Source: an uncultured archaeon (GTDB lineage: Archaea > Asgardarchaeota > Lokiarchaeia > Sigyniarchaeales > SOKP01). From it: 64,000 nt of DNA. Below are positions 1 through 9,334 of this stretch, piece by piece (within the stretch, counting starts at the first letter, position 1; each line of letters starts with the position of its first letter). The stretch is taken from contig CAZBPC010000005.1 in the NCBI GenBank assembly GCA_964493715.1, forward strand, positions 1-64,000, given 5' to 3'. A model generated the notes under the pieces. The model did no database searches, was not told the origin of the DNA, and worked only from the letters and a program-made list of their open reading frames with translations. A program made the position numbers and the translations under genes.

Positions 1-159
1 TTTTAATTTTCTATTCCCCAAAAACATGAAAATTTTTATTAATAAAATTTTGCATTATGGATCATTTACGCTCTATTTCTAAGAAAAAAAGGAAAAAAGA
101 TTTTTTATCAATCAAAACGTCTTATAACTGACAAGTATAAATAAGTATTTTAGATTGGC

Positions 160-1449
160 TTGTTATTTAATGAATTAATAGATAAAAGTAAGAATAAGAG
201 AATGCCAGAACGTTATAATAAAAGACCAGAATTAGTTTCCCCGGTTCAAGATTGGAATACACTAAAAGCTGTGGGAGAGATATCAGATGCGATCTATTTA
301 GGAATAAAGAAATTCAATATGAGAGCAAATGCCAAAAATTTCGAAAGATCAGACTTGAAAAAGGTAGTGGAATATTGTCATAGTAAAACACCGCCTTTAA
401 AAGTGTATTTAGCGACAAACATTTTAATATATGACTCAGAACTGCAAGACTTAGAAAATTTATTAAGCGCAGCGAAAGATGTTGGAATTGATGCTATTAT
501 TGCTCACGATATCTCTGTAATTAGGTTTGCAAAGCGTTACAATCTCAAATTTCACGTTTCAACTCAATGTAATGTATCTAATATTGAAGCTGCCAGTTTT
601 TATGAGGAATTAGGTGCTGAAAGAATAGTTTTAGCAAGAGAATTATCTTTACAGCAAATAAAATTGATTAAACATCATCTATCAATAGCAGAAATAGAAT
701 GTTTCATTCATGGATCGATGTGCACCTCAATTTCGGGAAGATGTTATTTTTCAGCAACGCTTACTGATTCACAAGAATTTTCAGCTAATCGGGGTAATTG
801 TATTCAACCTTGTCGGAGAGGGTGGCGTGTAATTGATGATGAAAATAATGAACTCATCTATGATGGCGAAATGTTCCTAAATTCTAAAGATCTTTCAATG
901 ATAGAATATATACCCGAATTAATAGATGCTAAAATTGATGCATTTAAAATAGAGGGACGAATGAAAGACCCCCTATATGTAAAAACAGTTACTGAATGTT
1001 ATAGAGAAGCAATTGATAGTTATTTTTCAAATTCTTACACTCAAGAAAAAGTAAATGGATGGGTAGAAAGGTTGTCTCAAGTATTTAATCGAGGATTTCA
1101 CACCGGGTTTTATTTTCAAAAACCATCTCTAAATGAAATCGAGTTGAATAATAGAGGAAATGTATCCCTTTTTAAGAAACATTATCTTGGAAAAGTACTT
1201 TCATTCGATGAAAAAAGTAAAACTGCGAATGTTTTATTAGAAAGTCTAGAATTCCCTCTGCGGATAGGAGAAGAAATCATCATTATTGGTGACAATACAT
1301 ATCAAACAGAAATTATTAAAAAAATGACATTTAAGGGTGAAAGAATTAAAAGTATAGCTCGAAAAAGGTACAGTGAACCTGTTAAAATCAATTTACGCAT
1401 TGAACATTGCGAAGTCAATGATAAAATTTATATCATCGCAAAAACATAA
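160..1449 (+). CDS. Peptidase U32 family Fe-S protein (TrhP/RlhA-like, probable RNA hydroxylase); true start may be ATG at 202
   Basis: PELVSP N-terminus, HVSTQCNV, LARELS, Cys cluster CTSISGRC...NRGNCIQPCR, FKIEGR. Confidence 0.85.
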   Translation: MLFNELIDKSKNKRMPERYNKRPELVSPVQDWNTLKAVGEISDAIYLGIKKFNMRANAKNFERSDLKKVVEYCHSKTPPLKVYLATNILIYDSELQDLENLLSAAKDVGIDAIIAHDISVIRFAKRYNLKFHVSTQCNVSNIEAASFYEELGAERIVLARELSLQQIKLIKHHLSIAEIECFIHGSMCTSISGRCYFSATLTDSQEFSANRGNCIQPCRRGWRVIDDENNELIYDGEMFLNSKDLSMIEYIPELIDAKIDAFKIEGRMKDPLYVKTVTECYREAIDSYFSNSYTQEKVNGWVERLSQVFNRGFHTGFYFQKPSLNEIELNNRGNVSLFKKHYLGKVLSFDEKSKTANVLLESLEFPLRIGEEIIIIGDNTYQTEIIKKMTFKGERIKSIARKRYSEPVKINLRIEHCEVNDKIYIIAKT

Positions 1450-1511
1450 TTTTAAACGGACAGTTCGGTAAATAATTATGAATAACTAAAAATGAGAAAA
1501 ATATAGATCAC

Positions 1512-2183
1512 ATGAACTTAGAAGAAAATAGAAAAAAATTAGTCAATAACCTTATAGAGAGTAAGATTTTAACTTCTTCACGAGTCATAGATGCGATGAT
1601 GAAGGTAGAAAGGCATCTATTTGTCCCAGAAGGGGCATTATCTTCTGCTTATATTGATTCTCCTTTATCAATTGGCTCAAATCAAACAATCAGTGCACCT
1701 CACATGAATGCGATGATGTGTGAGTATCTTGAACTAAAGGAAGGAGAGAAAGTTTTAGAAGTTGGAACCGGTTCAGGTTACCACGCTGCATTATGTGCGG
1801 AATTAGTTGCACCAAGGGATTCAAAAAACCCAGGTCATGTATATACTATTGAGCGACATTTGGAATTAATAAAGTCTGCTCGAAATAGTCTTAAAATCAC
1901 GGGATATGATGACCGGGTCACCGTCATTCATGGGGATGGAACATTAGGTTATCCGGCTGAAGCTCCTTATGATAAAATTTTAGTTACGGCATCTTCTCCG
2001 AAAAAAATTCCTCCTCCTTTAAAAGATCAACTTCGAGATGGAGGAATCTTATGTATCCCTGCAGGTACAAAAGATTGGGCTCAAGATTTATACATTTTAC
2101 GGAAAAAAAGTAATGAATTTGAAGTAGAAAAAAAAGTAGGAGTAAGATTTGTTCCTCTTATTGGGAAATATGGATTTGATTAA
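1512..2183 (+). CDS. pcm: Protein-L-isoaspartate O-methyltransferase
   Basis: QTISAPHM, VLEVGTGSGY SAM motif, GDGTLG, APYDKI, VRFVPL. Confidence 0.95.
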   Translation: MNLEENRKKLVNNLIESKILTSSRVIDAMMKVERHLFVPEGALSSAYIDSPLSIGSNQTISAPHMNAMMCEYLELKEGEKVLEVGTGSGYHAALCAELVAPRDSKNPGHVYTIERHLELIKSARNSLKITGYDDRVTVIHGDGTLGYPAEAPYDKILVTASSPKKIPPPLKDQLRDGGILCIPAGTKDWAQDLYILRKKSNEFEVEKKVGVRFVPLIGKYGFD

Positions 2184-2215
2184 AAATAGATTTCAAATCT
2201 CTAGATTAGAAATAG

Positions 2216-2356
2216 TCAGGAAAATTTAGCTTTATATTTCTCTTTCATTAGTTTTGTTCTCACATTTTTCACGAATTCATTTTTTTCAATGCTTTCCTTG
2301 ATAGTTCTACTTGTATAGGTGTAGCCATTTTTTCTAACATAATTGTAGTTTCCCAT
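2216..2356 (-). CDS. Putative 46-aa basic small protein (MGNYNYVRKNGYTYTSRTIKESIEKNEFVKNVRTKLMKEKYKAKFS)
   Basis: Translated by hand from ATG at 2356 to TGA at 2216; fills the gap convergent with pcm; below the ORF-track size cutoff. Confidence 0.4.
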   Translation of the reverse strand: MGNYNYVRKNGYTYTSRTIKESIEKNEFVKNVRTKLMKEKYKAKFS

Positions 2357-2468
2357 GAAAACAAAACCGAAGTGTTTTTTTTACTTATAAATGATATTGT
2401 GGTTCTAATGTATTTAAATATATTTAAAACCGACAGAAAATCTTGATTGGTTTACAAAAATGTAATTG

Positions 2469-4661
2469 TTAATTGATAGTGATGGTGATGAGATATTCAT
2501 ACTCTTTTTTTAATTTAAAACGAGGAATAATTGTAATTCCTTGATAAATTTCCTTATACCCCTCATCTGTGAATGCATAAGCGATAATTGGAAACTTGTT
2601 AATCTTGATCGTTTCCTTATCAATCTTAGTTTCATTGGTTATCTGAAATTCTAAATGAAGATCATATGTTTCATCATACGTCTTAAGATGATATCCCATA
2701 AATTCAAAAGGTTCTATTAAAGAATTCTTAACATTATCAACAAATAACACTTGATTACTCTTCCATTCAAATCTTTCTGGATCTCCATTAAAGAAGAAAG
2801 GCAAATCGATCCCTAATGAAACGGTTTCAATTATTCTTTTCAGAATTTCTTCTTTTTTGGGAATTTTAATAAACTCTCCTTTTATCCTAATATCAATTTG
2901 AGATTCGAGAATGACAATTTCTTTAGTAAGTTTACATGGATTAAATTCTTCAGATTCTGGATCTTTTACCGCTCCCTTAAACTCAAGAGTGATAATGGCT
3001 TTTTGTCCATCTTTTTCATTTCGAACTATGTTAAAATCTCCATCAATAAAATTACCTAATTCTACATATTGATCACCTTCCAATTGACCTAAAGTAACAT
3101 CTTGATTGAAAAATCTAGCACGAAGCATGCTCTTTCTATATCGATCGACCATTACAGAGCCTGATTCTATCTCTTCATCTTCATGATATGCTTCAGGCCA
3201 TCTAGTTAGAGTATTCAATAAATTGTATGATTTAGGTTTGTAATCAAGTTCAAAAATAGTACCACCGTTACTAGGGTCCAAATAAACATTCAACTTGTTA
3301 GATTCGATAATAATATCAGTTTTACTATCTTTATTAAAATCCATTGGGAGAATTGAGATATAATTAGTAGATACTAAATTTATATCTGAATTTAATGAAT
3401 CAATGATTTTTTCAGCATTTATTAAATGTGAATATACAGAGAACCGTAAAAATTGTAAGTAAACCCCTCCAAAAAGACCATGCCAATAACAATCATTACA
3501 CTGGGCTTTATAAATCTCATCCCAAGCCTCATCGATTCGTGGTTTATAGGGAAGTGCACCAGATGCTTGGATAAACTGATTTTCAATAGTAAGTAATTTA
3601 GTTCTGACATGCAACATCTTTTTATGCATATTATTTGATTCAGGATATTTAACTAGAAAGGAACGCCAAAAACCTCCTTTAAGAAATAGGTACTCATCTT
3701 CTTTTTCAGGGTTATCCTTCAATTCCTTTCTTAATTTTCCAAATCTTTTTCTAATTGGTGTGGGGAGGACCCATTCTTCCATCTTATCATAACTTGCAGT
3801 TGGGAGATAAACAAGCGCTTTGGCAGGGTATTTTTCCATGTATTCTGATAAATTAATTGACTTTATCCATTCATTCTTAATTATTTGTTGGAAAAATGCC
3901 GGAATGAAAGGTTTGCCATCATCTCCTTCTTGATGTCCTTTACCATCAACATAACAAATCTGGTGGGTGGTTCCCCACACACCCATTTTTTCAGCATCAG
4001 ATATCATCAGAATAAATTTATCCCCCCGCTCATCTTTATTACCTTTTAAATAGTCAATAGTCATGTATGTTGGTTTCCAAGGGGTTAAATATCTAATCTT
4101 TTCGTTAATTGGAAAGATTCTTAACGTCTTTCCTTGATCCTCAGTGATATACGTATACAATGTTTCATTTTCTGTAATGCCAGTTGAACGGAAATGATTA
4201 TCATCAACAATTATATATTTCAATCCGACATCGCTAAGGAAGGAAGGATAATTCGGTTCCCAAACTCTTTCAGATAACCAAGCACCTTTAACATCAAGTC
4301 CAAACTCTTTTTTTATAAGAGATGAAAGTTTTTCTATTTGAGCAATTCTGTCTCTATAAGGGATGATTGAAAAAATAGGTTCATAATAACCTCCACCAAT
4401 AATTTCTATTTGTCCCCTATTTGTCATTTTTTTCAATTTTTTAATGAATTCAGGTTTATTGACCAGAAACCACTCTAATAAATTTCCTGATATGTGTAGT
4501 GTAGTTTTTACCTCAGGATATTTGAAAATTTCATCAATTAATGGTTTATATGATTTTCTAAACGCGTCTTCAATTACGAAATCAAAATTATCAACCGGCT
4601 GATGTAAATGAAAGACTATTCCAAAAAAAATGCTTGAGTTATCTGAATTTTCCATAATCAT
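2469..4661 (-). CDS. GH57 4-alpha-glucanotransferase/alpha-amylase
   Basis: HLHQP motif, WLSERVW (nucleophile Glu), SDAEKMG (acid/base Asp), AQCNDCYWHGLFGG. Confidence 0.92.
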   Translation of the reverse strand: MIMENSDNSSIFFGIVFHLHQPVDNFDFVIEDAFRKSYKPLIDEIFKYPEVKTTLHISGNLLEWFLVNKPEFIKKLKKMTNRGQIEIIGGGYYEPIFSIIPYRDRIAQIEKLSSLIKKEFGLDVKGAWLSERVWEPNYPSFLSDVGLKYIIVDDNHFRSTGITENETLYTYITEDQGKTLRIFPINEKIRYLTPWKPTYMTIDYLKGNKDERGDKFILMISDAEKMGVWGTTHQICYVDGKGHQEGDDGKPFIPAFFQQIIKNEWIKSINLSEYMEKYPAKALVYLPTASYDKMEEWVLPTPIRKRFGKLRKELKDNPEKEDEYLFLKGGFWRSFLVKYPESNNMHKKMLHVRTKLLTIENQFIQASGALPYKPRIDEAWDEIYKAQCNDCYWHGLFGGVYLQFLRFSVYSHLINAEKIIDSLNSDINLVSTNYISILPMDFNKDSKTDIIIESNKLNVYLDPSNGGTIFELDYKPKSYNLLNTLTRWPEAYHEDEEIESGSVMVDRYRKSMLRARFFNQDVTLGQLEGDQYVELGNFIDGDFNIVRNEKDGQKAIITLEFKGAVKDPESEEFNPCKLTKEIVILESQIDIRIKGEFIKIPKKEEILKRIIETVSLGIDLPFFFNGDPERFEWKSNQVLFVDNVKNSLIEPFEFMGYHLKTYDETYDLHLEFQITNETKIDKETIKINKFPIIAYAFTDEGYKEIYQGITIIPRFKLKKEYEYLITITIN

Positions 4662-4862
4662 TTCAATTCTAATTTTTATTCTAATTATAATCTAAAATAA
4701 TGAGTCATTAAAATTTTATTTTAAAAACATTAATTCATTTACAGATTTAAATAATAATCTTTTTTCTATTTTAAAGAAATATTAAAATACTACTTCTTAA
4801 ATAAAAGAAGATATAAAACATATTGTGACCTAAATATTTATTAGATTAGGAAATGTGATGAT

Positions 4863-5471
4863 ATGAGCTTAGCGGCTTTAGTAAAAGTTAGGAGTTCTTT
4901 CAAATTAAAAATTTTAGTCGTTGGGTCGGCTAATTCTGGAAAAACTTCATTCTGCTCAAAATATTCCGATAGTTTTTCTCAAAAGTTTCGTGAAGCTATA
5001 GGAGTAGATATATATGTAAAAGATGAATTACTCCCGGATGGTAAATTCGTCACGTTGTCTTGCTGGAATTGCGCTTCACAGGAAAGGTTTTATTCATCCT
5101 ATTCTGTATTCTTCAGGGGAGCTCTTGGAGCATTTGTTTTATTTTCTGTTAATGATTTAGAGAGTTATAGGGTAGCCAAAAAATATATAGAAGAAATAAG
5201 AACACGCGTCAATGGTATACCTATTTTACTGATTGGAAATAAGGTTGATTTAGAAAAAGAACGACAAGTAAACTATAATCAAGCTAAGGAATACGCTCAT
5301 AAATTAAAGTTAGTAGGTTACATCGAAACATCCACCAAAGAGGATATTAATATTTCAAAAGCGTATGCCGTGTTAAGTGAAATTGTATATTTCTACATAC
5401 GCTCAGGTAGAAAGGAATTTGATATTAATATCCTTGATTTAAAAACTCGAAATAAAATTGATGAATTGTAA
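4863..5471 (+). CDS. Rab-like small GTPase with degenerate G2/G3 motifs
   Basis: G1 GSANSGKT, IGVD, G4 NKVD, G5 ETSTK, Rab-like FFRGALG; G3 reads WNCASQ. Confidence 0.85.
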   Translation: MSLAALVKVRSSFKLKILVVGSANSGKTSFCSKYSDSFSQKFREAIGVDIYVKDELLPDGKFVTLSCWNCASQERFYSSYSVFFRGALGAFVLFSVNDLESYRVAKKYIEEIRTRVNGIPILLIGNKVDLEKERQVNYNQAKEYAHKLKLVGYIETSTKEDINISKAYAVLSEIVYFYIRSGRKEFDINILDLKTRNKIDEL

Positions 5472-5494
5472 AATTTCTCATAAATCTGATTAAA

Positions 5495-5866
5495 TTAGTC
5501 TCCTGTAGGTTTAATAGACTTTTTTTCCATAAGTAGAACTGATGTACGAGATGGAGCTCTTGTTTTATGTATAGTGCCCATTGGAACTGTAAAAGCTTGA
5601 TTGGGCTTTAAGTTAATTGTTTTATCTTCCAAATCAATTAAAAGCAATCCTTCAATAACGTAAAAGAACTCATCTTCCTTATCGTGTTTGTGCCAATGAA
5701 ATTCTCCTTGAATAACAGCTAGTCTAACAACGCAATCATTGACTTCACATAATGATAAATTTTGCCAATTTTTTGAACAATTTGCTATTAAATTCGATAT
5801 GTCTATAGTCTCTAAAGGTTTAAATTTCACTTCAAGATCAATCGAATAATTATTATAATCACTCAA
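5495..5866 (-). CDS. Cupin domain protein
   Basis: GEFHWHKH..EDEFF and VPMGTIH cupin motifs. Confidence 0.88.
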   Translation of the reverse strand: MSDYNNYSIDLEVKFKPLETIDISNLIANCSKNWQNLSLCEVNDCVVRLAVIQGEFHWHKHDKEDEFFYVIEGLLLIDLEDKTINLKPNQAFTVPMGTIHKTRAPSRTSVLLMEKKSIKPTGD

Positions 5867-5989
5867 TTTAATACCTTTTTTTTCAATATTTTATTATTAA
5901 ATTAATTAAAATAAATTTTAAAGATAACGATAATTCAATAAGTAAGATATCATTTATTCAATGTTATTCTATTTTCGAGGTTAGAGAGC

Positions 5990-7726
5990 ATGTTAAACCT
6001 TATAGATAAGAGTCTTTTACAACAAGTTTTTAATTCGAATGAATTCAAAGCATGGTTAATTTCAAAGAGATGGTTTGGTGATAAGTCATCCTTATCCACA
6101 TTAGATTTTACTGTTATTATAAACTACTTTCAAATTTTATCAGATAATATATATTTGACAATTATCAGAATTACTTCAAAAGGATACTCCAAGGAATACT
6201 TTTTACCCTTAATCCGATACGAGAAAATTCAAGAAATAATAGAACCCAAAGAAAATAATCGTGAATTAATAGTTGTACTGATAGAGAAGACATTTAGTAA
6301 AATTATTACATTAAGTACTTCAGATGATATACTTGATTCTGTTTTATCTTTGAATTTATTGGAAGCTGAATACAGTGCCATATTTTGGAAAAAACTTCTT
6401 TTTGATAAAAAAATTTCAGAATTATTTCCTTCCATGAATTTGGAGCTAAAATTATATGACGATCAATTTGAAAATGAAGAACATCTTAAAAAAGCTCGAA
6501 GTTTAATAGAAGCAGGATTATATCCCGATAAATATGATCTCTCTCTTGAATTGTTAGGAGGAGGAAATACAACGAATGTATTATTCTTACTTCGTATTTA
6601 CAACAAAAAGACTCCTGATCAGAAACCAGATACATACGTGTTAAAGTCATATAAGGTATATGCGGAAAGAATTGAGCCTCGCACTTTATACGTGTTAGTG
6701 AAGAATAAATTCCCCAATGCTCCCAAGATTTATGGCATGGTCGATATTGATGGAAAAGAAACCATAGGCATCCTTGAAAATGTACCGAACATTGGAAATT
6801 TGGGAGATATTTATTGGAATGAATTAAATCAGATGATTAAATCGTTATTCACTAACATTGAAGGGAATTATTCTTATTTGACTAATAAGGATACAATCAA
6901 TGAAGTGATAAAGGAATATTGTGGAGAATCATTGAAAGTATCTCAAGAAATTGGTTTGTATATTAAAAATTTACATAAAGCCCTAATATTAAAGGGAGAC
7001 AGCCAATATTTCGAAGAAACCGTTAATAGCGATGAATATTTATTAGATTATACAAATAAATTAAATGATGTTGTTACAGAAATCCAACAAAATATAAAAA
7101 AGAATACTGATCGTGCTTTTTATACTTCTCCCAAAATCAGTTCAATCCTAATTGATATTAAAGATATTATCGAAAGATATCGATCTGAATTCGAGACAAA
7201 ACAATTTAAAATCCAACCAGTCCATCAAGATTTGCACATGCAACAAATCCTATACAATAAAGTGAATGATCATTACAAATTTTATTTCATTGATTTTGAA
7301 GGAGATCCTCAATTAACTATTAAAGAAAAGAAATCTCGATTTCCAATAGAGAAGGATCTGGGTTCATTTTTGAGATCCCTTAGTTACATAAAGTTCAATA
7401 CGTTGCTCAATTTTATTGGAGAAAAAATTATTGATAAAAATAAATTTGAAGTGCCTGAAGAATTTTTATTCAGTATTTATTTCAGAAAATCTGCAAAAAT
7501 TACTAAAAAGCAAAAAATGCTAGAAATAATATTGAATCTCCTGAATTCATGGGAAAAAAAATTAATGAGTAAGATTTTTAATCCAGGTTTAAATCTCCAT
7601 TTCACATTAATTAAATATTATAGCATTGAACGAGCTCTTCATGAGCTTGATTATGAATTGCTTTTTCGACCCAATAATATCATTATTCCTATTTTAGGAT
7701 TAAAAGAAATTATAGATAAAAATTAA
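5990..7726 (+). CDS. Maltokinase (Mak/Pep2)-like kinase of the aminoglycoside-phosphotransferase fold
   Basis: WLISKRWFGDK N-terminus, VHQDLHMQQIL, IDFEGDP, DLGSFLRSLSY, ERALHELDYEL..RP. Confidence 0.8.
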   Translation: MLNLIDKSLLQQVFNSNEFKAWLISKRWFGDKSSLSTLDFTVIINYFQILSDNIYLTIIRITSKGYSKEYFLPLIRYEKIQEIIEPKENNRELIVVLIEKTFSKIITLSTSDDILDSVLSLNLLEAEYSAIFWKKLLFDKKISELFPSMNLELKLYDDQFENEEHLKKARSLIEAGLYPDKYDLSLELLGGGNTTNVLFLLRIYNKKTPDQKPDTYVLKSYKVYAERIEPRTLYVLVKNKFPNAPKIYGMVDIDGKETIGILENVPNIGNLGDIYWNELNQMIKSLFTNIEGNYSYLTNKDTINEVIKEYCGESLKVSQEIGLYIKNLHKALILKGDSQYFEETVNSDEYLLDYTNKLNDVVTEIQQNIKKNTDRAFYTSPKISSILIDIKDIIERYRSEFETKQFKIQPVHQDLHMQQILYNKVNDHYKFYFIDFEGDPQLTIKEKKSRFPIEKDLGSFLRSLSYIKFNTLLNFIGEKIIDKNKFEVPEEFLFSIYFRKSAKITKKQKMLEIILNLLNSWEKKLMSKIFNPGLNLHFTLIKYYSIERALHELDYELLFRPNNIIIPILGLKEIIDKN

Positions 7727-7737
7727 GTATCTCAACT

Positions 7738-8331
7738 TTACTTTAAAGTAGTAAATTCATAAGAATAGTGAGATTCAGATCTATTAACTACTTTAAAGTC
7801 ATTTTTATACTTTTGTGTTAAACTTTTATTTCCCTTTAAATTTTCTTCCGAATAATTAAGATCCATTTCCATATCGTTAAATATTCTGAAAAGGAACGAT
7901 TCTACAAACTTCTTTGGACCAAATTTTTTAGTCACTAATACAAAATTTTCTTCATCAATGAATTTTGGAAAGAATCCTAAATTATCACATATATCTAATT
8001 TATAATTAAGATCATCTACTCTACCTGAGATTCTTGCAATATCATTAATAAAGCGAGCTAACTTATCACCTAGCACTATTTGATCCAATTCGTCTAAGGG
8101 TGTTATTAATTTACGCAAAAAACTTCTTTTAACAATTATGAAATCTCGATCATTTAATGACTTTAAGGAATTCTTCTGTTTTATCATGTATTTAGATAAT
8201 TCAAGAAAGTTCCGGGTGAGATCTGCTTTAGATACTCCTAATCGAAGTTTCATCCTATTTAAATTCTCATCTAATTCTTTATCTATTCTAATAGTTAAAA
8301 CACTTGAATCCGAATTTTTTCCCCTACTCAC
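7738..8331 (-). CDS. Ribbon-helix-helix (CopG-like) regulator with additional C-terminal domain
   Basis: VLTIRIDKELDENLNRM...GVSKADLTR RHH pattern. Confidence 0.7.
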   Translation of the reverse strand: MSRGKNSDSSVLTIRIDKELDENLNRMKLRLGVSKADLTRNFLELSKYMIKQKNSLKSLNDRDFIIVKRSFLRKLITPLDELDQIVLGDKLARFINDIARISGRVDDLNYKLDICDNLGFFPKFIDEENFVLVTKKFGPKKFVESFLFRIFNDMEMDLNYSEENLKGNKSLTQKYKNDFKVVNRSESHYSYEFTTLK

Positions 8332-8358
8332 TTTTAGTCTACTCCAATATTTTATAAA

Positions 8359-8410
8359 GTAATAATTGTAATTTTTTGTAATTTAAGTAACAAGAAATCA
8401 TTTTTGTAAT
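8359..8410. promoter_or_regulatory. Array of five GTAAY motifs upstream of the RHH gene (candidate operator)
   Basis: GTAAT at 8359, 8368, 8378, 8406 and GTAAC at 8387. Confidence 0.4.
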
Positions 8411-8937
8411 TAAATCATTGCTTTTTTCAATAAAATGATGAGAAAATTTCTAAAATTTTTTATCACATAAATTTAGATTATTACAATATGTTCTTTTGAA
8501 ATAGGATTAACAATTTAATCGTAAGGGTTCAATTTTTTAAGATAAGATATAAATCGTTAATAAACTCATAATTTTTTTTGTTATAATTTATTTCTCATAT
8601 AAATTTCAATATCGTTTTAAATCCTTATAGATTAAATAAATAACCTTTTGACTAAATAAAATAAACGCTAAAAATAATTCGATTAAAATTTGTTTCACAT
8701 TTATAATTAATGTTTTATTAAATTTTTAAAAAATGTTTAGAACATCTAAAATGATAAAGAACGAATGCCCAACAAATAACTAAGAATTCTCTTATTTTGA
8801 ATATCATAAGTATTTAATAAATACAATTGCATAATAGAATTACAGATGAATATGGGATCACACTTATTAAGTTGAAATAATTTATATATTCCGTTGAATA
8901 CACCAATATTTTGAATATTAAGGGTTGAATAAGCTAT

Positions 8938-9297
8938 ATGGAATTGACCGAAACAAATTTTGCAGAAGAAATAGAAATCCAAGGGCAGCTAGAATTAAAA
9001 TTGATAAGTGAAACAGATAACGCAACAACATTTGATTCCGTTAATGAAATCGATTTAATTCTTAAAGCACTTTCATCTGAAACACGTCGTAAAATACTGC
9101 AACGAATCCAATCAAGTGAAGCTGATTTAGATGTGTCAGATTTAGCCTCTCATTTAAAAATGACTGAAGCAAACATCTCAGCACAAATAAAAAAGCTCAA
9201 AGAGGCAGGATTAATTGAATGTATATATTGTTCTGGACAACATGGTGTACGGAAAGTAAGTAAACTCAAATATAATAAGCTATTGATCAAATTCTAA
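8938..9297 (+). CDS. ArsR-family winged-HTH regulator
   Basis: LKALSSETRRKIL, DLASHLKMTEANISAQIKKLKEAGLI; CIYC and GQHG in the wing. Confidence 0.88.
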   Translation: MELTETNFAEEIEIQGQLELKLISETDNATTFDSVNEIDLILKALSSETRRKILQRIQSSEADLDVSDLASHLKMTEANISAQIKKLKEAGLIECIYCSGQHGVRKVSKLKYNKLLIKF

Positions 9298-9334
9298 AGC
9301 TTTTAAAGAATAATTTTAATTCATCGAAAGAAGA

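Noticed and set aside
5457-5471. Rab-like protein ends in IDEL, resembling a KDEL retrieval signal
   Set aside because: Cytosolic protein with no signal peptide; a four-residue match is expected by chance
8746-8982. 78-aa minus-strand ORF overlapping the ArsR start
   Set aside because: No recognisable motifs; overlaps a well-supported gene and its promoter on the opposite strand
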